Below are positions 23,761 to 35,199 of a DNA stretch of 36,785 bases, piece by piece. Source of the stretch: Welwitschia mirabilis (Eukaryota); contig JBOZIK010000001.1 of the NCBI GenBank assembly GCA_051453625.1, positions 19,633,337 to 19,670,121 on the forward strand, written 5' to 3'. The notes below the pieces were generated by a model, which was not told the DNA's origin, searched no databases, and saw only the letters and a list, made by a program, of their open reading frames with translations. Made by a program: the position numbers and the translations under genes. Each line of letters begins with the position of its first letter. The first letter of the stretch is position 1.

Positions 23761-24824
23761 CTGCATGCATTAATAAACACAGAAAAACCTGCAAATCAAT
23801 AGATACCAAATGAAACCCACAAATATGAAAAAGAAAACATCTAATCCATCTAACATGAAGCAACTCTTGCAGTTTGCTCTTCAACACGAAGTACTCATTC
23901 TTCAGCTGTTGCAGACACTCCAGGCAACTGTTCACATGCAGATGAACAAGCCACTGCTTTTAATTATTTGGTTCAGCGATTGCAGAAGGAAATAGGACAT
24001 AAACGTTATACTGCAATTGCAGTAAACGAAAAATAGAATTTTGAGATGACACGCAAGTACCCAGAACGGTTTCTGTGATCACAGAAGATCCGGAAAGCAA
24101 TGCAGACGTTCTTTACTCTCTGGGCTCCTATGCTGTTCGATTCATTTATTCTCGTTAGTTGCTCTTCAAAGTAAAAAAACAGCCACCCAGAAGCTTATTC
24201 ATTCTTATTAATAGTCTAAACAAGCTACCAAACATGACTATTTTAAACGATGTATGGAACTGAAACTGGTACTGAGTTTACAGTATGAAGCTGGAGTGAA
24301 AGACTTTTGAGGATATATTGCGCAGAAGAAATGACACTGAAGAAGAATGTACACCTGGAACTGCTTCCTGTAAACTGATGGAGATGCACGTCCATCCTCT
24401 TGTAATCCACATCTTCTTTGTCTCTGAACATAATCACCACAAGCACAGACGTAATTTGCAAGAATTGAATTAGATACAGAAAGGAAAACAGTCTAGAGAG
24501 GCATCAGACATACAGAAGAGTGGCCATGTTGCAGAGAAGTTTCTCAGAATCACGAAAGAAAAGGGATAAAACTTCCAAAATGAAATCAGGATCTGAATCA
24601 TCTCGCAGTTGCTGAAGCTGATTAAAATGGTCGTCAAGAAATCCCTGCAACACCATACCCAGAGACCCAATAAGCAGTAACCCACCAAGAATTCAACCAT
24701 GACTCATGCACCAAAACCAGTTCAAGAAAAAGAAAAGCAAATTGCAGACCTGCTGGAAAAGAGAGCTAATGAATTGGAGAAGCCGCTTCTGCAACGTTAG
24801 GACTTCTCCGCTGCAGCACATCAT
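23713..24824 (-). CDS. AHP: Histidine-containing phosphotransfer protein (HPt/AHP family), 6 exons, 155 aa
   Basis: join(24824-24750, 24644-24514, 24423-24355, 24132-24061, 23927-23855, 23760-23713) = 468 nt, all introns GT-AG. Protein: MMCCSGEVLTLQKRLLQFISSLFQQGFLDDHFNQLQQLRDDSDPDFILEVLSLFFRDSEKLLCNMATLLDKEDVDYKRMDVHLHQFTGSSSSIGAQRVKNVCIAFRIFCDHRNRSGCLECLQQLKNEYFVLKSKLQELLHMEHNILLAGGPLPVY. Internal exons of 131/69/72/73 nt fit the plant AHP gene structure. Confidence 0.96.
23855..23927 (-). CDS. AHP: AHP exon 5
   Basis: aacag|T; CLECLQQLKNEYFVLKSKLQELLH; donor CAT|gttaga. Confidence 0.95.
24061..24132 (-). CDS. AHP: AHP exon 4
   Basis: aacag|C; IGAQRVKNVCIAFRIFCDHRNRS; donor GG|gtactt. Confidence 0.96.
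24355..24423 (-). CDS. AHP: AHP exon 3 (phospho-His motif)
   Basis: ttcag|A; DKEDVDYKRMDVHLHQFTGSSS; donor AG|gtgtac. Confidence 0.96.
24514..24644 (-). CDS. AHP: AHP exon 2
   Basis: ttgcag|GGA; GFLDDHFNQLQQL...SEKLL; donor CT|gtatgt. Confidence 0.96.
24750..24824 (-). CDS. AHP: AHP exon 1
   Basis: gccATGATG start; MMCCSG...SLFQQ; donor CAG|gtctgc. Confidence 0.9.
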
Positions 24825-24927
24825 GGCTTCTCTCAAAATTCAGACAAAATACTTGTTGATATTACCAGAAATGCTAAATTGGGCTCAAGCCTTGAAAATT
24901 TCAGGTAAAGGAGGATCCACTGCCCGC

Positions 24928-24935
24928 TCTTTATA
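24928..24935 (-). promoter_or_regulatory. Candidate TATA box of the AHP gene
   Basis: TATAAAGA in a GC-richer context, about 105 nt upstream of the ATG. Confidence 0.45.
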
Positions 24936-25064
24936 CCCATCCATCTCTCTTAAAATAAAGGAATTACACCAAATATAACATGTTGCAGAGACTGTTGTAT
25001 ATTTTACGGAAACTTTCAGAGGCATGCAAGACACTAAAGGCTTAAGTCTTAGAACCCATATAAT

Positions 25065-25165
25065 AAAACCCTAGAAAATCCTTTAAATAACAGACCTAAA
25101 AAACTTCAGGCAACAAAACCCTAGAAAAGCTTTTGAAAGAGAAACGCTAAAAAATTTGAGGCAAC
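25065..25165. repeat. Tandem duplication of about 50 bp, each copy starting with telo-box-like AAACCCTAG, upstream of AHP
   Basis: aaaaccctagaaaa...ctaaaaaa..aggcaac at 25065-25114 and 25115-25165. Confidence 0.75.
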
Positions 25166-25624
25166 AGATGATCAGAGGCCTCTCAGGGCATGCGAATTTC
25201 AGAAATCGAGAGAGTTGCAGGAAGAGATGAGAGCAGTCAGACAAACATCTCATCTGCCCACAAAATGTTTCTCTCTCATAACATAATCATCACTCTTCCA
25301 GACCTGTTACTACCCTTTTTTAAATAAATTTCTTGATTCTTACTAATCTATTATGATACCATGAAATTATACACCATGAAATTGATAATACTGAAACTAT
25401 TTAAACAAGAAAAAGAAAGTGAAATGCTAAATTTCATGGCGTTGTTTATGATAGAAGTATGATGTGGTCATGAATGGTATAGGAGCTTCCCATCTGTGAT
25501 GTCAATGTGTTGTCACCAATTCTTGGCTTTCCTTTGGAAAATGTGGGTAAGTTTAAGGTAACTATCATTATGTCTTCTAATTGGGTACTCATATTATGTG
25601 TAGTTGAGTAACATTGACCACCTC

Positions 25625-25640
25625 AAACCCTAAACCCTAA
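25625..25640. repeat. Two plant telomere-type units (AAACCCT)2 / telo-box
   Basis: aaaccctaaaccctaa. Confidence 0.6.
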
Positions 25641-26402
25641 ATTCCCTTTTCCAAGACAAAGATTACTATACTCTGTCTCTCTCTTATTTCATCGAAATTA
25701 ACCCCCTTTGTCTAGTGGTGGAGTAACTCTTTCCTTGTCCTTATGTGGTGCCTTCTTTTTTCACTTTACTTTTACAATTTCTCCCATGTCATGATTGCAT
25801 GGCCATTAACAAATGAAGATATAGTATTCTTGTCTAGCATTATCCTTGGGATTGAAGAATGCTTTCCTCTTGCCTATGATATATTATGAGAATAGAGGTG
25901 GTAGGATGGTCTTTCATAACATTTACAAAAAGTGTATTAAGACTTTACTTTTAATATTAGTTAGCAACCGTATAAATTTGTTTAGTTGTAAAACTTACCT
26001 TTTAAAAAAATGTTAAAATATGATGACATAAAGGGGGAAAATATTTATTGTAACTAAAGTTAACAAAGAAATTTTTCCTTGTAAAATAAATTTTTTACTT
26101 TGTTTATTTTCATTTTCTTTAATAATTCCTCATCTTATATTAAAAATGTTAAGGGAAGCACAAAGGGAAGTTCGGTTTGAAAACCTAAATAGAGTCAGAA
26201 TATGAAAAAAGAAAATTAATATTTTTATTGCATTTTTTGAACCATATGCCATATAAACAAAAAGAGGTAGAGATCACAATTGGGCAAGCAATGTTCTGTT
26301 TTTTTCAAATATTATAAATATGAGAGATTTTAGTCAAATAGTTAAATAGATAACTTAATTTTAAAATTCAAGTAAATCGGTCATTCCTTTGGTAATGGTT
26401 TA

Positions 26403-26459
26403 TAGTAGGGGTAAGCTAGTAGGGCAAGCTTCTAACAAGGGTAAGCTAGTAGGGGTAAG
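26403..26459. repeat. Short tandem repeat, unit about TAGTAGGGGTAAGC, about 4 copies
   Basis: tagtaggggtaagc tagtagggcaagc ttctaacaagggtaagc tagtaggggtaag. Confidence 0.75.
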
Positions 26460-29060
26460 ATCCTTCATTGCATTCCAACAAACTATACTTTACCATACCA
26501 TACATAATATGAATGATGCATTCATATAGCCACTACCATCAAACCGTTACAAACCTAGTGATAATTGGTCTTTTTCATTTCTAATACCAAGGAACATATT
26601 TATATTATATTCAAAACTAATAATAATAGAAACATTATCAATTTGAACATAAGGAATTCTAATCATGAAGATTAGACCTAGTAGATGTAGATTTTTAAAT
26701 TAGGAGTAAATAATGTAACCTATCTTTAGATCTATGTGTTAATAATGGATATTCATCATTAAAATCCGGCTTTATTTTGAAAGAAATTTTGATCCTTTTC
26801 TACCATTTTCAATACATTTAAATTTGCATTTTGTTTATTCATATATAGTCAATCATTTATCTAAAAATCTAGGATTCCTTCTCTAGCTTATTAAAGAAAG
26901 ATGATTGAGGTTTTAAAAAAACTTTATAAGTTAAATCTTCCCCTCTCAATTAAAGTACTCATGTGTCTATATGCAAAGAGAAAATGATGGACTAGGATTT
27001 AAGGTGAAATATTTAAATCATTCTAGAAATGTCTATGAAAGTCCGCATGTTATGAAGGCCTACAATTTAAAATTTCTTAAAAATTAAGAGATTAGTGAAA
27101 GAGTTATAGGTATGTAGATATTTATTAAAAATAGAAATGATAACAAAAAGATAATTTTAAATTTGTAGAAGTTTAGAGAACTCTTTCTCCTTATCTATTG
27201 GATTGAAAAGTAATTAGTTGAAAAAATATAATAATTTGTCAATACAATTCCTTTCCTTCTTAGCATGAGCAAGTAAGGTATATTTTATAAACACCTTTGG
27301 AAATGTGGTTGGAAAAATTATAAATCAGTGTTAGTTTTAGAAATTTCACAAATAAAAAATGTTTTAAAATTCATTTTTACATGATAAAGAAACATAAAGT
27401 TCTCCTCAATGATCTTAAACATTTAGCTAAACAAAGGTATCATTTTAACATGCATGAAATGTAAATATTTCTTTGTACCATTTACTTTCTTAGCTTTTCT
27501 AACAATTTCAAAAAAAGAGCAATTTAAGATTTTATTTGAAAGTAATATCTAGTACAATCTATTTGTAATCCTATTTTGCATGAATACAATGAAGGATAAA
27601 AATTAAAAAATAAATTATATTTTAAGAGTGTAAGCTTATTTTTTTAATTCAATTTTCTTGTTGCTTCATTTTTGGCTATCCTTCTATGATGAAGAAGTTT
27701 AAATTAAACTTTTATCATGCTAAGATGATCCAACATTTCTTTTTCTTCTATTTCTTAAAATTCTATGTTTCATAAAATGGAGCCTTTTACTTTTCAAAAC
27801 CTTCAAACAGTCCTAAGGTATGAAGGGAAGAAATTGAATATAGGATTTCTTTGTACCTAATACAACTCATGTTTTGAAGAGATAAGATTCTTGTTGTTAG
27901 TAGTGCACTACCTACTATAGAATCAGAATTTAAATTTTTCCAAGAAATATAAAACTATTTTACTTTTTTTTTAAGTAAGAAGTTAATTCATGGAAAACTA
28001 TACCATATTCACTAAGTTCACGAGTTTTCTTAGTTGGATTTAAAACCCATTAGTGGTATCTACATGTATGGGAGTTATTATAAAATTTCAAGCCTTACTT
28101 ATAATTTGGAACTTATACTAAGTGCACTTTAGTTACATAAGTAGAACCATAAGCCCACCCACACACTATAGGACTTATGCATGCTAAAGCTTAGAACTTA
28201 TGAACTTGGTTAGACCAACTACATTATGTATTAGATTTTATGTACCTTATTTTAGTTATCCTCACTTAGAAATTTTTATTTTTATTTCTTTCTAGCTTCT
28301 TTTTACCCCTTTATTTTCTCTTCTTCACTTATATTTTAATTTAACCCAAAAATTGTTTAATAGAAACATTGATTATGCATAACTATTCTAAGATAGTTAT
28401 AATGAAATGAAATTGAAAATAAATTTCATTAGCTTGATACATAATATAGTTGTTTAATTCATTTTATAAGATCTTAGTTTTAATATTTAGATTTGTGTCC
28501 TCTTTCATATGAAGTTATCCATGTATTTAAAACACATTTAACATACACTTTAGCATCTTCAATATGGATCATAAATAAGAACTAATAATTTGAAAGCTAG
28601 TTTCTAGGCCAACAAGGATGACTCATGTGTTTTCACCTGGTTAAGAAAACTAGTTATGTTAATAAGTGTGGTATAGTTTTATATGAATTAAATTCATATA
28701 AAAATAAAAATAAAATAGCTAACTAAATAGATATTTTATAATGTTGATAAATGATCCCATGGATCTATTAGATGACAAAAAAATAAATGGCATGAACTTG
28801 AAAATTTACATCATTTTATATGTATATGTAAATGGCATGAACTTAGAATGCTAGAAATTTATGATAATATAAGCTCACATAGTCCTTTAAGCTAAAAAAT
28901 TAATAACTTTAAGTGACAAAATAAATTAACTAAATTATTGATCTTACTATTCTTATTTTTTCATATTAGGATGTCAAGCTTAAAATTTTGAGTAATTAGA
29001 TTTCATTCTTAGGAGTACAACCATCATAATTACCTAAATTAATGATATGATTACATTAGT

Positions 29061-29212
29061 GGCCTTATAATATGCTAATGAGGTCATTTAGATATTTGAA
29101 CTCATGACATGCTAAATGAAGGATTCCTAAAAACTTATTTAATAACACCCAAGGCCTTATAATATGCTAATTAGATCGCCTAAATATTCAAATCCACAAG
29201 CTTCCAAATAGA
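29061..29212. repeat. Degenerate direct repeat with 92-bp period
   Basis: ggccttataatatgctaat at 29061 and 29153, followed by partly similar sequence; probably inside an old LTR. Confidence 0.6.
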
Positions 29213-32200
29213 ATGTAAGTGTTTTATTAGTTTGACTACCATTTCATTAGCTTATTTTCATATGTGATTTTATTTTTGTAAAGTTAAATATAAGACAATG
29301 TTCATCTTCAACATTATTTTAATATGAAGTCTATAAATATATTTATTAAAAAAATTGAATTTATGATCTCACTTAAGTTTTTGCAATGGTGAGATCTTAT
29401 TTTCATTTTATTAATCTAGGGATGAAGTCATAAAGGAATAACTAAGAAGCATAATTTTTTATTTCTTTCTTTTTAATATACTAGTAAAACATTTTTAGAA
29501 AATTTATTAGTGGTAGAGTGTATTCAATGGATGTAAAATTCAAAATTTTAATGATTGTGTCTCCCCCATAAATGCAACCACCATAATTGTTCAATTAAAT
29601 AATTTAATTACACATATGACCTTTTAGTGTTTTAAGCAAGGTAACCAAATGTTTGAATTCATAATCACATAAATAAAGGAAAAGTGCCCCACTAGTTAGA
29701 CTACTATTACATTATCATTGGTAGATATTAGAAGATTGCAAGCACATCTAATTTAAAAAAAAAATTCTTCAAATTCCAAGGGTATTAATTTAACTTCTAA
29801 AACCATAATATCATGTTATGTTTATTATTTTACTTTGAATTCATCACGACTCCCCAATAAAACTTCTCAATTATTTGCTAATTAAGATCCTAAACTAGAT
29901 AACCACATAGAACAATTGGTTTAATAATAGCATGAAAAAGGTACCTTGCCTTTACATATTCCAGAGTTGGGGTTTTATAATCATCACAATTATGAGTGTG
30001 ATCAACAGCATTCCTAGCTATTACTCATACTCTTGAATATTTTCATATTTAACACTTAAAATACAATAGCTTCTTGAGAAATATAATTGTCTCATTTGTA
30101 ATTACTAAGATACTTTCAAACTAGGTGCTTCGAGGACAAAATAATTTCATTTTACATGTTTTTTTAATTACAAAATCAAACACTAGTGTTTCATGTAGTA
30201 AAGATCATACTTTTAATCTTTAAGGTTGATTGTCTCTTAGACATGTATTAGAGATATGTCTTGTCTTTAATAATTTAAGCTATTCTTAGCATACAACATA
30301 CACTAGTATAGGGTACAATCCAAACATTGTAAACTAGTGAAGTAAATAAAGGAATGTTAGAAAATTAATTCATTTAAAAGAAAAGGGCACATTAATATTT
30401 TTGATATTTTTAGCAACTAAAGAAAAAAATTAACAATGTAAATGGTAAGATGGAACGTAATGTCATGGAAAAAAGCATGCAATAGAAATGAAAAGTGTGC
30501 ATGCTTAAACTGGGCTATGATTGTATTTTATATTAATGTATGATAATGTAAAATCATCCTAGGGATATAAATATTGTGTGTCTAAACCTAAATTTTAACA
30601 AATAACATTAAGACTTCCATTATAATATAGTCCCAGTTATTGTTCTCCCTCTAGGATACATATTTAAGAGTTATTAGTGAAATAAATACAAAGCCCTGTT
30701 ATAAAGCTTACAAAGAGAGAGAAAGTGTGCTCTTAACCAATAAAGAGACTTAGGAATGAAAAATAGCTTTAAACATTGAGAATAATCATCTTAATAATAA
30801 CATGAGATTCCATTCCATAACATATGAATTGCTCTTTGATTAATGCATGAATCATGTCAAGCATCCATTAGCTCAATCATAATGCCATAGCCTTATTTAC
30901 CATACTAGTAATGGTGTTATCTCCAAGCCATATTAGCCTTGATACCTACTCCAAAAGCATGAAAAGTAGAAAAACTCTTCCTAAAGATCATCAATTAAAA
31001 GTAAATGATGAAACTAAGAGAGAAGCATAAAGAATCACTTAAGAGTAATTCTAAACTAAACATCCTTTGACATAAATCAAGAATTAAAAGTATAAAATAA
31101 TAACTATAACTTAAACTTAATAAATTAAATAAATTTAAATCAGCCTTTATTACATAATAATAGTAAAAGAATACATCAAAGAAGAAATTATCAAACCAAA
31201 GCTTGAGATGTTGTGCTAGTTTTAAGAACTAGACTATTTCCAACAAGGGAAAATTAGAAAAAGTACATAATGAAAGTTTGACCATTACAAAAGCATTATC
31301 CAATACCTAACCTAATCATTCACTGGATAATATACCAAAAGATTATGAAATAAGATGCTATGACCTATTTATACATTGATAAATTAAGATTATGTTTTTG
31401 GCAGTTTGGTGTTAATAGTAAAGTTTGGAACCTCAACTAATGTCGTAAACTATTACAATAGGTTCTAGGAGATAAAACATATAGGAACGTAACTATGAAA
31501 TTAACTTTCTCAGAATTAGAGGTGCTATAGTTGCAAGTAATTTTTTTTACCATTGTTTTATAGATAATCAACTTTAGTCTTGAATTAAAGCTGTTTTTTA
31601 TAACTAAAACCTTAATAAGTCAACCAATAAATGCATAAAATTAGTCATCATAATAAAATTAGCATAAGTTAACATAAAATTATTTAAAACATTAAATTAA
31701 TGACTTAACTAATGCTAAGATAACCTAAGTCACTTGAAATAAATCTCGAATTTTGCATGTTAACACACACATCAACCAACCATTTTTTAATTCCTTAGTA
31801 AAAAGTTTGATAAAAATGAATAACATGGAAAAATTTATATGTTAAATCATTTAAGTAAGATGAATGATGAAATTATTTAAAAAATTTTCGCCAAAGTTTA
31901 ATCTTAATCAAAATTAGTCTAAAGAATAAGGCACTAAAAATAAAATCTAAGTGCAAATGCTACTTTCCCTAATCAAAAATTAAATTTTTCCTACAAGTTG
32001 ATAAGATGTAAAGTTGATCATATAATGAAGATAATTTTAAATGGTAAAAATAATGCATAATACTAAAATTCAAAAGATAACGCATCAAAGTACAATAAAA
32101 ATTATTATGTCTCAAGCAAATTATAGGAAAAATTACAATGCAACCTATACTAAAAAGTGCATTAAAAAAGCAATGTCAAACTAACTCTTGCTAAAAATAG

Positions 32201-33229
32201 CCACATAGTCCACATCAAATTATGATAGAAATGCAAAGGTGTATGAAGAAGGAAATAGACAGGTGAAAGCAAGAAAAGTAAAAACTAAGTGAACATGGAT
32301 AAATATCATAGATGCCATAGAAAATGTGGAAGAAAAACGTAACAAACAGTTTCTTAGTTGTATACTAACGAACCACGAATTACAAGGCAGTGAACATAAG
32401 ATTGTATTATAAAGAATGAAGAGAGTCAACTAGAAAAGGTGGTAACGCTATCTAGGACTAATGAAGGTAATGGTTAAAATGTGAAAGAAAGTTTTAGCTC
32501 ATGCATAGATGGATGTTAGATAGAATGTAGGACATAGACATTAATAACTAAGTGTGAAAATAAGAAAATATGATGAAACAGTGAAAAGAATGACTTTATT
32601 ATAAGTAGTAGGCTATTACAGTAATGAAGAGTTCATACATTACAAAGTCACTATGATGCATCTACTAGCATAAGAATGGATGAAAGAGTACAAACTAAAG
32701 TGGTGATGAATGTCTAACTAATTGATCACCTATTAGAGAGGACTTGCTCAAGTTTGAAATTAATATCATTTTACTCATGTGCTATTTCCTTTTTCTTGTA
32801 AGATATCATTTTTATGTTTCTCTAGAACTTTAGTATCCACATAGTTTATTTTCATAACACCTTTTTTCAAAATTGACTCACTAGAAGTGGAAGAAGAGGA
32901 TTGAGGAGGATGAGAAGAAGAATAAAAGGGGGGTTAAAAAGACTCATCCATGGGCTGTTTTCCCTTTCTTCTTATAGGAGGACAAGAAGAAGGTGGATGA
33001 AAACAAAAAAGAGTGGGATCTTAAGGTTTTTTTCCTTCTTCTTCTCATTGTTATTCTTATTTCTATTGTTTCCTTGGGACCTAATCTTTATTTTTGCACT
33101 TTAAAACTTATGATATTTTCTTAGAGATAATGGTTTTGATATTAGATCTATTCCTAGTATCATATTCTTAGGTGGAGTGAAGGGTGTTATGGAGAAGACC
33201 TAAAATGAGACAAGAAAGGGTAAGCTACT

Positions 33230-33391
33230 CTCATGGGCTACTTAGTTAATAATGGTTTTAACTATGAATTTGGCCATATCAAAGGGTTGATTTTTTTGGA
33301 TGATTCTAATCTCATGGGCTACTTAGTTGATAATGGTTATAACTATGATTTTGGCCATATCAAAGGGTTGATTTTTTTAGATGATTCTAAT
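33230..33391. repeat. 81-bp tandem duplication (2 copies)
   Basis: 33230-33310 and 33311-33391 differ at 4 positions; this explains the repeated peptide in ORF 33233-33439. Confidence 0.95.
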
Positions 33392-33589
33392 GAGATCTAT
33401 ATCGCTAATATATGCATTGATAACATGAAAGGAATATAATACATATATAATGATAAAGCTAAACAAAGATATTTTGTTTTTATAAAGATACTTACAAATA
33501 AGGGATCCTTCCTATTTGGAGAATATTCTACATCTGAGGCATCAAAACAATGACAAAGATTGGGATAAGTTAAAGGATAAATCATAATG

Positions 33590-34800
33590 ACACTCTACTC
33601 CCAAAATGGCTTTAAAATCATCTCAAAGAAACAAAAAAAGAAGTGCTACAAATATGAGAATGGATTACCAGAGAGTCGTAAGCATCAAAAAAAGACTTTT
33701 TGTAGACTTATACCAATTTCCTGGGGTAGTAGTAAGCATTATCTTCCTTGAACAAGTAATTATAACCTCTAAATTCAACCTTTATAAGATATAAAGGATC
33801 ATAAAGATTAAAGAAGAAATGAAAATGCCTTCTTATATAAAATCTTAATGTCTCCCACTCATGATTACTGCAAAGAAGGAGAGAAGAAGATGAAGAAAAA
33901 ATACATCATGTTAGATGTGAAAATGAGATAAAGAATGGAAGAAGATAGCATAACAAACATTTTTAAAATAGAATTAAGACTCATTTAAAAGCTATGAAAC
34001 CTAAGAAATCTGAGATAATGATGAAATATAAAGTAGAAACATAAGAAAAGAGAATGGATGGAAACATCAACAAGAATTAATAGTGATGCTAGTTTTCTAA
34101 GGCTAAAGATGATAGGATTCAAACACAAGTAGGACACAGAGGCTAGGGTGATGAAGACTTAGATAAGAAGATGAGAAATAGGCTAAGAAACTCAATTTAT
34201 ATAGAATTAAGATGAAACATTAACATTGGATTTTCTAACTTCATTGATGGCTTAGATTGAATTTGTTGGAATTAAGACATAGATGGATAAGTCTAATAAC
34301 AAAAAACATAATCTTACTTCTTGGTGTACTTTCTCATAGTAATTAAATGATGGGTTATAAATATTTTGATGATGAAATTGATAAATAATGAGATACATCG
34401 GAATGGAAATGGCTACTTAACCATGAAACCTACAAATAAAAAAAACTATAATGCAAGCTAATGGTTTCATTTAGTCAATTTAATGGATAAAGTCTCAAAA
34501 CAAGGTAAGGTATTGATGAAGAAAACCATTGCAAATTTAAGCGTAGTGTAGAAATTATAAGCTATAATTATTTAAATAAATAAATAAATGGGATCTCCAA
34601 TTATACCTTAACTCATTTCCATTTTTCCCTTCTATAATAATGAGTGAGATGTTTCAAGTATTTTACAATATTGAGCATTTAGTGTTGTGGCACCTTCTTC
34701 TAATATAATTAATATGTTCTACATAAAGAAGTCATTGTGGTATTGCCAATTAGAATTTATAGCTTTAATTCAGTTAAATATACCATAAATAAATCAATAG
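33590..34800 (+). mobile_element. Decayed Gypsy/pararetrovirus-like RT-RNase H remnant (tentative)
   Basis: KKRSATNMRMDYQRV..KK..F...P....SKFNL.KI resembles the RT N-terminus KK.G..RMC.DYR.LN...SK(F/L)DL; possible RNase H shadow (PF....D.S) near 34630. Confidence 0.45.
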
Positions 34801-35199
34801 ATATGCATCGGTGATGAGTGTCCCTAGCCCAACTGTAGCTAATTAAATCTAATAACAATGATTAAAGAAACCAATGTGCTTAGAGAATATACTCTAACTC
34901 ATTATTTTTTTCTCTCTTCTCTCTAATTTTTTTCCTTCCTTTTTTCTTTAAATAAAATGAAAGAGGGTAATTGGTTCATTATCTTAATAGAGAAACAATA
35001 TCATTCCTATGAATTCTTTAAATAAGATCATCATATGAAAGTAGAAAAATTATCTTATCTTTTCTTAATTTCAAATTAAAGATCATAGATGAATGTAAAC
35101 TTCGGAAAAAAGAATTCAAATTAAGGAGGAATTCCTCTTAAAGAAAAAAAAAATTCATCAAATCTTAACCAAAACCTTGCAATAATGAAGATTACTTAT

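Noticed and set aside
23810-24978. ORFs 23810-23995(+), 24706-24978(+), 24470-24700(-) and 24243-24461(-) as separate genes
   Set aside because: They are antisense, off-frame or intron-readthrough shadows of the AHP exons.
32901-33104. Basic plus hydrophobic 67-aa ORF
   Set aside because: Low-complexity purine and pyrimidine tracts with a non-ATG start; no sign of a real gene.
33233-33439. Repeat-peptide ORF (MGYLV...DDSN twice) as a secreted peptide precursor
   Set aside because: Explained by an 81-bp DNA tandem duplication in TE debris; no signal peptide or gene context.
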